From positions 31,248,001 through 31,312,000 of the forward strand of contig JBITNC010000002.1 of NCBI GenBank assembly GCA_050084985.1: a stretch of 64,000 nucleotides of DNA, written 5' to 3'. Below, piece after piece: positions 48,322 through 62,125 of the stretch; the first letter of the stretch is position 1, and each line of letters begins with the position of its first letter. A program made the translations under genes and the position numbers. The stretch comes from Nageia nagi (Eukaryota > Plantae > Pinophyta). The notes below the pieces were generated by a model. It did not search any database. It was not told the origin of the DNA and saw nothing but the letters and a program-made list of their open reading frames with translations.

Positions 48322-51188
48322 TATCAGAGCTTGGTATCAGAGCTTGGTGTGGAAGCTCATCTTCAACTTGGAGGTCTTCATTCTTCACCGACAAACTTCA
48401 TTGTGAGGTAAAAGAGCTTAAAAGGTATAACTTCCTTATTTTTTCTTTATTATTTTGGATTAATAACATATTTTGTGTTATGTTGGTTTTTTTATGGTAA
48501 AATATGCTTAAATTTAGAAACATATTGTTATGCAATCTTTTGTTAATAATATTTTTTTAAGATTACTCACAAAAGATGTTTAATATGTTACTATAAATTC
48601 TTTTGAAATCATATATATTAATAAAAAATTATGATTATGTACAAATTGCTACATTTTTTTTACACAATTATATTCTTACTATAGCATTTTTTTTAACAAT
48701 ATTTTTTTATTATTAAAAAAGGGGAGGGACAGGAATTTTTTTTAGACAACTTAATTTCTTTAATGTTGGGTAGAAAAACATTCATTGTATGAAATATATA
48801 TGAAATAAAAGCATAGTACATGATGCAATATGGTCACACACATAAAAAAGGTGAAATTATAGGAAAGAACTTGGTGGTAATGTCAAAGAGTTTTTTGTTT
48901 TTAAACTTGTTCATGTCAATTTTCATATGCACTGTTTATTGTTCTCAAGTGTGTTACTTTCTTTTCAATTTTTTTTCCTCTTACATGCCCTCTTACTAAC
49001 CTCCAAGCTAGACTTTTCCTCTCATCACTTGCCAAGCTAAACTCTTTCATGTTTTGCCCTCGCAGTTGGTCTAATAAGCACCACTTCTCACCTCTTAACC
49101 TCTTCTCTGTCCACTCTTGCTTAGTGACTGATGTTTGGGTGTGGCTAACATGTGCCATACAAAGGTTTTATTTCTCCATTATACATCCATCGACCCTGCC
49201 CCTTCTCTCATAACCTTTTGATCAGGATTCAGACATGTTAACCATTGTGCCATGAATCCAAGCTGTTGGTGTTGCTCCCTTGGCATACTTTATGCACCCT
49301 TAGCTACTCCTTTACCCTTAAAGCCCTCTAAATCCTCCTGCATAGCCTCTCCTGGCCCCACTCCCACTTGGCTTTCTCGCCCTTCCACATCCTCACCTCA
49401 CTTGCCCTCTCCTATTTCTTCTTTAGAATTGCACATTTTTTTCTTCCCTCTAGAAGATAAGCATCTGCTTTTTAATTAACATAAGTTTTTTCTCCTTCCT
49501 TGTGGTTTGTTATTTTCATTGATTTAATGTCCTTGAGGTAGGTAGCCTTACTTGTTGTTTGATCTAGTCATTTAATGAACTTATCATTCATTAATGAATT
49601 GGAGTGTGAAGAAAATAAGTGTGCATTTTTTTTAGAGTTAAAGCACTTCAAAAATTGAATGCTTGTCATCATTCCTATTTAATATTTCAAAAAGGGGACT
49701 ATTTTTTTAATATATTTCAATACTTAGAAATATTTTTGCTAAACATGCATTTACTCAAGTGAAAGTTTTTTTAGAGTTGGAGTAAACTCTAAATTTAATG
49801 GTTGGTTATGATTGTTTTTTTGTCATCATTCCTCCTAAATGCCTCTAAAAAAAATGTAGCAAGTCTTTAACAAGTTTTGCTAATCCTTTAATTATTGGCT
49901 TTTTTTTTTAAGACTTAAAATAAAGACTTGATTTAATAGTGTTAAATGAAAGTATTTTTAGCCTTAACAAAAAAGGGGGGAGACAAATTATTTAGGAATC
50001 CTACTTTAGTAAGTTGCAACTTAGATAAATTAGCATTTTTACCTTTTCATATTACTTAAGTAGATGAGATATTTTTTAATGCTATAGGGATCATTTTTTT
50101 TTGAGTAAGAAAAAAGTGGGGGAAAAATTTTATGTGAATTTTTTTTACTTAAAATCCTATGTCAAAGTTGCATGTCTATTACTTTGAATTTCTTAAATCC
50201 TCATATTGCATATTTTACTTAATTTTTTAAGTTAAATGATGTATGCTTATTACTTAATTTTTTAAGTTAAATGATGCGTGCTTATTGCTTAATTTTTTTA
50301 AGTTAATGGAATAATACGTTTGATGACTCCCTAATTTTTTATGTAAAGTATGGAATGGAGTTGTGTAAAATAAGGAATGATGTAAAAATGTCTTTTAGGG
50401 GTTAGTAAACAAAACCCATTGGATTCTTAGGTTTCAAGTTATGAATAGATGATGTTCATTTATGCACTTTAATTTATGCTTTGCATATTTTCTTTATTTA
50501 CTTATGTAAAAATGCAAACATTGATTGAGCAACTCCCTAAAATGAACACATTTGCACGTACATTCTGCAACATGAATTATTTGAGGAGCCACGAGGTAAG
50601 GAAAGGAAGATTGGAGCCTTTAGTCTGACAATCCAAATGGTGAAAATTCTATAATTCTCAATTACCCCTAAGTTCTTTGTTGGTCTAGATATAACTCCGA
50701 TAGGTGGATAAGAATGTATGTAGTGATACCACATGTTCACACGTCCATTCAGGGATCATCTTGATAACCTAGAAGGAAAACTTGAAACCTAATTAAGATT
50801 AATAATTTGGTTGATCCCATATACATCATAACCTTGGAAAATAGTAGGTACACCTCCTTATGAGAGTATATTACTACCTAAGGTAAACTGATTAAGGATT
50901 GGTAGTACCTGGGCTCCACCTTGTGGGCATCCAAGTGAAGGCTTACTTTTAAATAAGAAAATAAGCCTCAACAATATCATTTATGATTCTTAGTGAGGAT
51001 AAAAGTGTTGGGTACATGGGATGTATTATGAGTTTGCACATGTGAACTTTGAAGCATGTCTTTTTATTTAAACTTAACATGGATGATTGATTTACTTGAA
51101 TAAATCTAAAATATGTATGGATGATTAAAACTAAACATATAATGTTGTTTTAGAAACACATACTTTTTTCCACATTTTTATGTAGCAA

Positions 51189-54100
51189 ATGGGAGACACC
51201 TTCTTACCCAAGCACATTCTCGACGGTTCCAACTTTGATATTTGGGAACCTCAGATGAGAGTTAAATTATAGGCAAGGAAGCTTTGGCAAATAGTAGATG
51301 AGAACCTTATTGCTCCTATAGATGAGAAGAAATTTGAGGCATACAACATGAAGAATGAATTGACAACCTCCATGATTTTTTATGTAATGTTAGATGATGT
51401 GCTTTTTATGATTTCATCATCAACCTCAGCAAAGGAAGCTTGGGATAAGCTTAAGAAAATCTACCTTAGATCTAAGTTTTTTAGAAGGTTCACTATTCTC
51501 CAAAAGTTGCTTCAATCTTATCAAGGGAAAGATGAGAATATTATCATCTACTTGAACAAAATTATTGATCTTAAGACCCAACTTATTGCTTGTGGGTTCA
51601 ATTGGATCAACAATGAGTTCATGGTCTTCATCATTCTCCAAAGCCTTTCTTCAAAGTTTGGTAACTTTGTGATGGTAATTGAGACTAGGCTTGATGATGA
51701 AGAAGTCTTCTCCCTTGAGAACTTTTATATATTCCTTTTGAAGCATGAGAAAAATCTTAACAAAAAAGTTGTTGATCTCTTCTCTAAAGAAAAATAATGT
51801 TGCTCTAGGAGAAACCAAAAATCTTTTAAGAAGAAGTTCAATCATCATAAGAAATCTTATTCTTCTTCCTCCAAAAGGTTTAAGAAAAGTGGAAACCATA
51901 ATAAAAATAGTAACAACAACTACTTCAAGCAAAGATATGGAAAAGACAAGGTGAGCAAACCAAATCCCAAGGCAAAGTTTGATGGAAATTGTAACTTTTG
52001 TTGCATCCATGGTCATAAAGAATTTGATTGATACAAAAAAAAGAGAATAAAAGAATAAATATAATGGAAATGTAAAGAACTTAAAAGGGAAGAAGAGTAT
52101 AAAATTTGGATTTACTATTGTGCTCTACTCCATAACTCACTTTTTTTTCTGATTGGATTGTTGATTCTGATTGCACTAATCACCTATGCTTTGAAAAAGA
52201 TAAGTTTGAAAATTTTTGTAAGTATAGAAAAGATGCAATTATGATAGGTGATAATTCTATCCTTGAAGTTCAAGGAATTGGGAGTGTGTTGATTCATAGA
52301 AAGGTTCTTGAAAATGTGTTCTATGTTCTTAAGCTCAAGATGAACCTTCGCTTTATGATTCAAGTTGCAAGGAAAGGGTACTCATTTGAGTTTGACTCAT
52401 AATCTTGATGCATTAAGAAAGGACTTGCCACATTGGTCAAAGGATAAGTGAAATATGATATTTACATTATGGATCAAGTTTCAACAAACACGTGTCTTGC
52501 TACAAATATGAGTTCTAGAGGTAATCTTTGGCACCAATGTTTAGGGCACCTTAACTATAATAGTATTCAAGTAATGAAAGATCAAGAACTTATGTAAGGT
52601 TTTTCTTCAATTTCACCTTTAATTGGTTTATGTGAGAAGTGCATCCTAGGTAAGATGAATAGAAAAAGGTTTGAAAAAGATAAGGCAACAATTGCTTCTC
52701 ATCCTCTTCAACTTGTGCATTCAGATTTGATGGGTTCATTTCAGACTAAGTTGCATGGGGGAGCATCTTATGTCTTGACCTTCATCGATGACTTCAATAA
52801 GATGACCTTTGGCTATCTACTTGAGCATAAGGATCAAACCTTTAAGAGTTTGAAGAATTTTAAGGCCTTAATTGAAAATCAAACTAACCTTAAAATCAAG
52901 ATGCTAAGATCAGATAATGGAGGAGAATATAATAGCAATGAATTCAATGACTACTATGCTAAGTATGGAATTAACAGGTAATTTATGATTCCTTACACTC
53001 CTTAGCAAAATGGTGTAGCCGAAAGGAAAAATAAGATAATTATAAAGATGGCTAGATGCATGTTGGGTAATTTTTCTAGTTTCTCATGGGGTGAAGCTAT
53101 GAGCACTGCTATTTACACTTTGAATAGGTATACCACAAAAGTCATTTAAGGTAAAACTCTTTTTGAGGTCTAGATAAGAATAAAACCTAACATTTTTCAC
53201 CTCAGGGTGTTTGGTTGTGAAATATTCTTCTACATTATTTCTGAAAAAAGGAAAAAATTGGAAAAAAGAGCTAAAAAATGCATCTTTGTGGGTTATGAAA
53301 GTCAGCATAGAGGCTACAAACTCTACTCTCCATCCTACAAAAAAGTATTCATTTCAAGGGATGTAAAGTTCAATGAAATTCCTAAAGAATTTATTTCTAA
53401 TGAGGAGGTTAATGATCTAGAGGACTCATCAGTTGCACTTAACTGGTTGGATATTGATGTAGACAAGTCATCTTAAGAACAAAATTCTTCAACACAAAGG
53501 GTAACTAGGAGCATGACCTTAAAAAAATCCTTAGTTTTCAAAATTGACAACAAGAATGAGCCCTTATCTTTCAAAAAAGCTTCTAAGTATGAGTGTTGGA
53601 TGGAAGCCATGAAACTAGAGTATGAGGTGCCTATGGAAAATAAAAATTTAAACTTAATTCTTTATTCCAATGAGAAAAATATGATTGAAAATAAGTAGAT
53701 CTACAAGGTCAAGTTCAATTCAGTTAGGGATATTAAGAAATACAAAGCAAGGTTAGTAGCCAAAGGTTTTACTCAAAAATATGATGTAGATTATGAGGAA
53801 ACCTTTGCTCCCATGACAAAGATGCCTACTGTCAGGATAATCCTTTCTCTTTTAGTAGCTCAAGGATGGAAAGTTTTTCAACTTAAGGTTAAGAGTGCAT
53901 TTCTCAATGGTGATTTAGATGTAAAAATCTACATGAATCAACCAAAAGGGTTTATTATGGAAGGAAAAGAGTATTTTATGTGCAAGATAAATAAGTCATT
54001 GTATGGACTTAAGCAAGCACCTAGAGCCTAGTACAATAAGATTTTAGGGTACATTGTAGACATTAGATTCTTTGAGTGTTTCTATGACTCCGATCCATAT

Positions 54101-55110
54101 GTGCTCAATCAAGGAAAAGATGTGGTCTTAATTCTCCTTTATGTAGATGATCTTTTGACAAATAAGAATAATGATAAAATCATTCAATAGTGCATATCTA
54201 AATTTAAGATAATATTTGAAATGACTAATCTTAGTCTCTTGCACAACTACCTTCAAATGCAAGTATATCAATACAAGGATTGCACTTATCTTAGTCAATC
54301 CAAGTATATATAATACATCTTGCAAAAGTTTGGAATGGAGGAGTGTAGACATGTTGCGATCCCAATCTCTTCTGGAATCATTATGTCCTTTAGCTCCAAC
54401 TCTTAATTAGTTGATGTTATAGCTTATACGTAATTAATTGGTAGTCTTCTTTATTTAATTATTTCAGGGTCAAGTCAGATATTGATTTTGTTGTTAATCT
54501 AATGGCACATTTCATGCAAAAACCATATGTTGAGCACCTTAATGTTGTTAAGTAGATCTTGAGGTATGTTGCAAGGATGAAGGATCTTGCTCTCAAGTAT
54601 TCCAAGTTTCCCTCATTTGTCCTCTCAGGGTTCTCTGATTCTAACCATGGGGGAGATAGAGATGATAGAAAATCAATCTCTATGTATGTTTTTAGCATTA
54701 GTTCAGGTGCTATCTCTTGGGTCTCCAAGAAGCAACCTATTATTTCTCTTTCCACCATAGAATTTGAATACTGAGCCATGTCTATTACAGCCCAAGAAGC
54801 TATTTGGCTTTAGTATCTTTTGAAAAAAATTGGGTATGAGTAAGTTGGCCCATATTTGATTTTTTCAGATAATCAATAGGCTATTTCTTTGGTTAAGAAT
54901 CTTGTATTTTATCAAAGAATAAAACATGTGGAAATACAAGCCCATTTCATCAAGGAAATGGTTCTTGATAGCATCATACGCTTAGAGTATTATCCATCAA
55001 CCTTGAACTCCATTGATTTGTTCACTAAGCCCCTTCCTAAAGCTCAGTTCTGTAAGCTTAGGGATGTTATTAGGTTGGTGAATTTGCCTTCAAGGGGAAG
55101 TGAATTTTGA
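51189..55110 (+). pseudogene. Copia gag-pol pseudogene
   Basis: Colinear GAG-PR-INT-RT-RH fragments with many in-frame stops. Confidence 0.9.
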
Positions 55111-55846
55111 ATACTTATATTGAATTCATGTTGTGATGACAACTTCACCCTTAGAAAGATTATAGGCTATATAGTGTTGATTTTGTTGTACACCTTCTTG
55201 GTAAGTTTACTTTGCATGAGGAACTTGTACAATTTTTTAAGAAAAAGATTGGCCAATCTAGCACTATTTAGTTATCCATGTGTGAGGAACTCGTATGTGT
55301 CTTTTGGCACTATTTAGTTATCCATATGTGAAGAACTAGTATGTGCATTTTATTTTGCTCTATTTAGTAATAATAATCAACACATGCTTTGTATACAATA
55401 GGTGACTATGAGTTTTTTTTTATCTTGGCATCTTCGTGATGACTTATAGTTCACCATTGATAAGTTTATGATGGTATTGTTTTTTAATCTATCCTTGTTG
55501 ATATGAATGTGTTGCATCTAACTGATCTTGTTATTTGAGCTTCTTATGACTTGTAGGTTCTTTTGAGATTGCAGGTTACTTACTTTAGGTGTGCAAACTC
55601 AATGAGACTCATCATGACTTCTAGTTAGATGACTATTGTATGTACATTGAAATCAATCGTGGTTAATGATTGTATTGTAATTAATTTGTTAAAATGGTAA
55701 AGTAGTGAGTCTCAAACTAGATCTTGCTTACTTCACAAAGATGTTAAAAGTTTTCATCTTCAATTGTATCTATTTGGAGGAGAACTCTCTTTCTCTCTCT
55801 TTCTTCTTTCTGATTCACTCTATACCAATATTGCATTAAAGGGGAG

Positions 55847-56349
55847 TGTTGGAATGTATAATGAATTATTGGAAGGTTTTGTAATAATTCTCTTTGTAAA
55901 TTCACTAATACTTATGGGTATCATTAGATACCTTAAGTATTTAAGTGAATATGATAATGTAACTTATCCTACACTCCATGTCATGAGCATGCCCCTTTGG
56001 TAAAAGGGAGTTACATGTCATGACTTTGTACATTAGTTAAAAGGGTGATCCAAAGGGGGATTTTGACCTATAAATAGAAGGTCCCCTCTTTGTGATCACT
56101 CACTAATTTGTGAAGTAAAGTTATGCTATAGGATAATGTTTAGGAGATGAGATTAGAAGAATTATAAGAGATTCATATTTGTGAATGAAGTAAGATCTAG
56201 TTAGTGGATGTACTCCTAGTTGGAGGAACCACTTTATTTCTTGTGTCCACCTTTGTGAGATTGTCTTCTTGAGTTATCTTGATGTTTGAGTGAGATTCTA
56301 TGAGATTTTAGTAATTTAGGAATTAAATGTTAGTTTTAGTTCCTTCACA
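55847..56349 (+). repeat. 3' LTR of Copia
   Basis: TGTTGG start after PPT, TATAAATAG, ends TTCACA (right end inferred). Confidence 0.7.
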
Positions 56350-56789
56350 TAATACATAAGGAGCTAACATTAGATATGTTGCATACCAATATGTATTTAA
56401 AATTTAATAGTGTTATTCAATATTAGTTAACCTAGGCATATTAAAATTGATTATGGTTTTGTTGGCAACTATGATCTATTGTAGCAACTTCGAACATTAG
56501 ATTCACGTGACAGAGTTTAATGAATGAGTTAGCTAGAAAAGATGCAGATCATTACTATATAACTAAATCTAATTATAGGAATGGTACACATTTGTTTAAT
56601 GATATTTATCCAATGAGGTTAAAGTTACTTTGGTTAACAAGGCTAACAATGCTCTTATCGATGAGGCCAATGATGCTTTATCCAAAAAAGAAGGTATGTA
56701 GATTACATAAGAAATTTAGCCCTAATGTTGGATACTCATAGTTATCATTTTATATTGCATAATGATGTTTGGATGGTACCCAATGTATA

Positions 56790-59700
56790 GGTGTTGATAC
56801 TAGTCCATCACAGAATTCAAACTCTAAAAAATAAAAAATGAGAGGTTAATAAAATTGTCAATAAATTTGAGCAACAAAAATAAAGAGGAGATTAAAACCA
56901 ATCTATATGGAAAATCCATTGGAGAAAATTTCATGAGTTTTTCATCTCATTTGGGGATAATAGCAAGCAAGCTTATCTCTATCACCTATAAAGATTGGAA
57001 AGTGGTGCTCTCAGCAAGCTTATAGGGTGTCCAAACTTAGAACCATGCATGCAAACCCAACAAACAAGACTCTTAAACACTCAACAATAAGAAAATAAGT
57101 CTTTAGGGTATTTGTGGACATGGAAACATATTTTTGGAGAATTTACACCTATTCTTTGACTTCCAAACTCCACCTACATGACTACAAAATTGTTATATGC
57201 CCATAAAAATGCTTTTGGGACATCTATGGTTATGGCAACTTGTTTTTGGAGCACCTACAACCATTCTTAAGCTCTCAAACTCCACCTACATAATTATAAA
57301 ATTGTTATATACCCATAAAAATGATTCTAAGGCATCCACATACCTAACAACAAGCTTTTGGAGCATCTACCTTCATCATTTTTGTAGCAAAGCCTACTCT
57401 AACTATACAAAAATAAAAACTAATGAAAATATTCTCTCTTTTTTTTCCTCCTCCTTCTCAATGCTTCAATATTGATATTAAATTGCAATGCATATAATTT
57501 TGAATTCCTTTCCAATGAAAATCTCTTCTTCACCATGAAGCTTTATCATGCTTTTGGTCCTCCACGGTCGAATTAAAACTCAACTTCCTCAAGAAGCCTC
57601 TACATCCCATTGGTGCATGGAGATTCTTATCCACAAGAGTAAATTTCAAAATATTTTCTCCATCTTAGGGTATATAACACATGCCAAATTAAATATCAAT
57701 CAATAATAATAAACCCTTAGCTTAGGATTAGACATTTATGCCCAAAGCAATTAATTAATTTATGATGGTTTAATTTTGAATTTTCACAATAATTCTCAAA
57801 AATGGTAATAATAAAATAATATTAATCCCTTTAGCTTATGATAAATAAAAATAGGCTAAATGAATAAAGTAGTTAATTTAATTTACCACTTTAAATTAAT
57901 TAACCTAATTAATTAATTTAAATGTATATGATAATTGCAAATCCCTCATAAAAATCTATAAAAGGAATTAATAAAATATTTATCCTCTTTAAATTTAATA
58001 AACTACACTAATTAAATCTAAAGGGTCTAAGGTAAGTTACATAAATTTACAACAAACTTTAAATCTTTAATTAATTTATCGATACAAATAATTAAAGCAT
58101 AAGTTGTAACCTTAAGAATTCACCCTTAGAGGATTATAGGGTAAATAAAATATTTATCCCTTTTAAATTAATTAATCACTCTAATTAATTAATTTAAAGT
58201 AAGCTATGGTCTCCTAAAAAGGTCTTAGGAAATAGGGTCATGACATACTCCCCGAACATGACTAACATTGTCCTCAATGTTAAATAAAAGTCTTCTCTAA
58301 AATCCAAGTGCCCATACACTTGGTCTATCTATTAGAGTATTGTCTTCCATATACAACAAGTATCCCTTAAAAATACTACTACAAAATTTACTATTTGTAG
58401 TAAAGGGGGTTATTCAAACCTTAAAATTTGTCAACAAGATACATTCAACAACTTTTTTTGAGGTTGAAATATGATTTTTATACTAGAAAACATAAATTTA
58501 TTTTTAACATTTCTCAATAAAATTATTCATAATAGATCAATGAACTTTCAAATAGCTCCACAACAATCTTTTTCCTAAAAAAGGTTGTTTCTTTTTATTC
58601 AAAACTCTTATAATCCTTATCAAGAGTGCTTTCTCTTCATGCATAAAGAAACAAAGAGCTATTTTTCAAAATATAGCAATCCACATTTCACATTTCACAT
58701 TTTCTCATTTCCCATACAATGAGTTTCTCTAACTAATTATTATGGTTATTACTCTTCCAAGTATAGAAACATGCTTTTAGTGTCAAATTCCAAGTTTTTT
58801 ACCTAGCAAAATAAATTCATACTAAGATGTAAACTCGTTGCATCCCTAATCATGGTGATCATGGTTCCCAATTATGAATGAATTATGGTTCACAACAACA
58901 ACACACCATGTTGCAAGACATGCTATGCAAGGCATAAAACCAAAATGCACATAATGTGCTAAGTGAGTTAGCTATTTAACTAACATCTAATGCTACTACA
59001 TCCCCTTCATTTGCACTATGATATGCTTTATGTAGCACATAATGCAATATTTTTATCCCTCCACAGGTTAATCATAAAAATACCAAATATTTCTTATTAA
59101 CTTTTCAAGAAAATCTAATATTTTCCATGATTAATGTAGGTGGCTTCAATCCCATATTTGAATCTCATCCCCTAAAACCAAGAACCTTGGGTTAAGGATA
59201 TCACACAAGTTTTATCTTTTTCCACCATGTTTACAAACTTACCATTCCTATGTAAGTTTCAACCATAACTCATAGTTAAGACATTACATATATCTTACAA
59301 TTAAATATTTCTAGTTCAATTTAGGATATCCACAGCCTCAAATCTAACTTAGAATCTTTAGTCCACCTAAAGTACTCTATTTTATTACAACAATATATTT
59401 TTTGATTGATTCATATATATATATATTCACCATAGGTCCTTAGGAATATTGCTATATCATAGTTCCACACCTTGACCATATCATGTTATCCCATGTGTAG
59501 ACCTTAAATAATGCATAAATAATAAAATCGATGCACTATTTATCTACAATATGTAATTGAAGCATATATGAGAAATATGGCATCAAATGAATAATAATAA
59601 TCAATGTACCTTCATCGTAATCATATGAATATGAAATAATAGAAACCATTCATCAACAACCATAACACATTCAAAGGGGTGCATGCCACCAATGGCCTAA

Positions 59701-61881
59701 GATACCATGTCAATGGTTGCATGAATTAAGTAGATCGATGAATGAAATAAAAAGTATGCGATAATGAGATGAAGGGTTTAATAGATCTATGTAGAGGTGG
59801 TGTTACAAAATACTATTGTTGGTAGGATAGAGTGATCTTACATATTTTGGTATCTCTCTTGGTATTTCTGAATCCCTTGCATAATGCTCCTTTGTGTTGC
59901 CTTTGATTTATCTTTATAGTAATGTCCTGGTATTCTTTAATTCTTGGGATCATTGCACATTACATGGTTTGAGGTATTTTGCTTGATATTTGATACCTTT
60001 TACATTGTACAATGGCCCATTACATTGATTACATTGCCTTGGTTATATTTTAACCCCTTTTTTACAATAAATATTCTTGATGCTATAAAATAAATTATTT
60101 AATAAATAATAATAATTCATTTATGAACTCAAACAAATCCACATTCTCAATTCTGTATGTACCCATCCCTATTTTTGTAACATGAGGTTTTTTCTCTGTA
60201 TTTTCCCCTAATGTACTTTGTTCCAAGGGCCCAATCTCATATCTTGGATAAGTCATTGTAAATTCCTCAAAATTTGTTACATTATAGAAAGCATATGGCT
60301 CTAGATCACTAAGCATTATGTGGACCTCACCATGATATTCAAATTTTAATCTACCATGTACTGTAGATGGAACTGCATCCATATCATGAAGCCAAGGCCT
60401 TCCCAATAACAAATTATATGACAATTTGGAATCAACAACTTGAAACACCATAATTTTCCTTACTCTTGTGTTTACCATAAGTGTGGCTATCCCAATTGGG
60501 TTTTTAGATGAACTATTATATGCCCTAATCCTGAATGTAGCTTCTTCTAATGGAGGGATTTCTACACCTTTTTCTTGGATTTGGATCAAAAACTTATGAG
60601 AACACACATTAATAGTTGATCCATTATCTACCAATGTTATTTTAATCTCCCATCCATCAATCATAAGTGAAATATATAAAGCTAAACATTCATCAAGTAG
60701 TTCCTTACTAAGCCTTTCAGATTTACAAAAAGAGATAGCATCATATTCCTTGATAGACTTAAAGCTTTTTAGAAAACATAGCAACAGGCATATTTGTAGG
60801 GACTATCTCCTTTTTGAATAAAGCATATACAATCTCTCTATGTGTTTCAGATATGGATATAAGACCATATAAACTAATCTTTGTAGGAGTAGTTTTTAAG
60901 TACTCAATCATACTATAAGTCTTTGGATTAGGTGGGATACTTACTTGTTCTACAGTAACTAGATTGGGAGCATGCCTTGGATGCCCTCTTCATAACCCAA
61001 CACAAACCTCTTTTTCCACTAAAACTGTATTCATTATATTTTCTTAATTTGCATTTTTTTGATCAATTTGATACTTTCCCTCAACAATAAGATCTAATAT
61101 GGCTACCTGCAATGCCTTGCAAAAATTCATAGCATGACCCTTCCTTTAATGATATGTGCAATAAGCATCTGATTTCCCCATAGGAATATTGTCATCTTGT
61201 GCTGATTTTTCCAATAGTTGCAATAATCCCCTTTTCATTAGATCCCCCATGATAAACCTTGGCTGGATTGGAAAGGTGTACCTTATGTCTTTTGTAGTGG
61301 AAGATCTTTACGATTTTGGTGGAGAAGTAGGTATATCAACCATATGTGATGTATTTTCTTCCTTTTTGACATATGTCCTTCTATTCTCCTTTTTGAAAGG
61401 ATTAGGTGCATACTTGAGCTACTCTGACTCAATCAAAACTTTTTCTTTTTACAATAATTCTTGTATCAATACTCCAAATCTGATATTCTTATTACTAGGA
61501 GCATGCAACTTGATAATTGGTAAGATGGAATCTCTAAATATAGCACAAATTTCATTTTCATCTAATTTGATTCGAATGGATTGCCATACATTTTTAAACC
61601 ATGTAATGTATTTCTCTAGGGTTTCATTACCCCCTTGTCTCATGGCATATAAATATGTAAATGTTCCTTATTATTTGATATTGTGCTTATATTGTCCCAT
61701 AAATAGTTTTAAAATGACTTGAAAGAATCAACTGAACCTCCAAGAAAATTATAGAACCACTGACTAACATCACCTTTCAAACTCCTTGGGAAAAATTTGG
61801 ACATTAACTTCTCCTTCGACCCTAATTTCAATAAGCACTCCTCTTGAAAGCTGATAAGATGATGCTTTGGGTCTTGGTTTC
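56790..61881 (-). mobile_element. Decayed non-chromovirus Ty3/gypsy (Tat/Ogre-like) gag-protease remnant with 3' LTR
   Basis: gag (FFPRSLKGDVSQWFY; RQGGNETLEKYI; YCTYH..KGH), protease (LVDNGSTINV...LLLGRPWLHDMDAVPSTVH); PPT GGGGAGTA then LTR TGTCATGACCC starting at 58245; left end approximate; no RT/INT seen. Confidence 0.78.
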
Positions 61882-62059
61882 TGTTAGGTCCCTATACATT
61901 ATTATTGTTAGGTCGGATATGGTTATTATTATTTCCTTACATTATTATTGTTATGTCGGCTAGTGTCCTTTCATTTTAGTGGCACCCCTTGGACTCCTAT
62001 ATATACTAAGGAGGTATTATCATTTGAAGATGTCTATTATTATGTAATTGATGTGATGT

Positions 62060-62125
62060 AAAGGAGGTTGCCCCCTCGAAGTGGCTTATTACAAAGGAGG
62101 TTACCCCCTCGAAGTGGCTTATTAC
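62060..62125. repeat. 33-bp tandem duplication in LTR
   Basis: AAAGGAGGTT(G/A)CCCCCTCGAAGTGGCTTATTAC x2. Confidence 0.92.

Larger units (their letters stand above)
48332..56349 (+). mobile_element. Decayed near-full-length Ty1/copia element lacking 5' LTR
   Basis: PBS TGGTATCAGAGC 48332-48343, gag ATG 51189, protease (WIVDS..TNHLC), integrase (LVHSDLMG, LRSDNGGEY), RT (VKSAFLNG, SLYGLKQAPRA, LYVDDL), RNase H (KHVEIQAHFI), PPT AAAGGGGAG, 3' LTR 55847-56349. Confidence 0.9.

Noticed and set aside
61189-61722. 177-aa plus-strand ORF
   Set aside because: Antisense shadow of the minus-strand gag remnant; no recognisable domain
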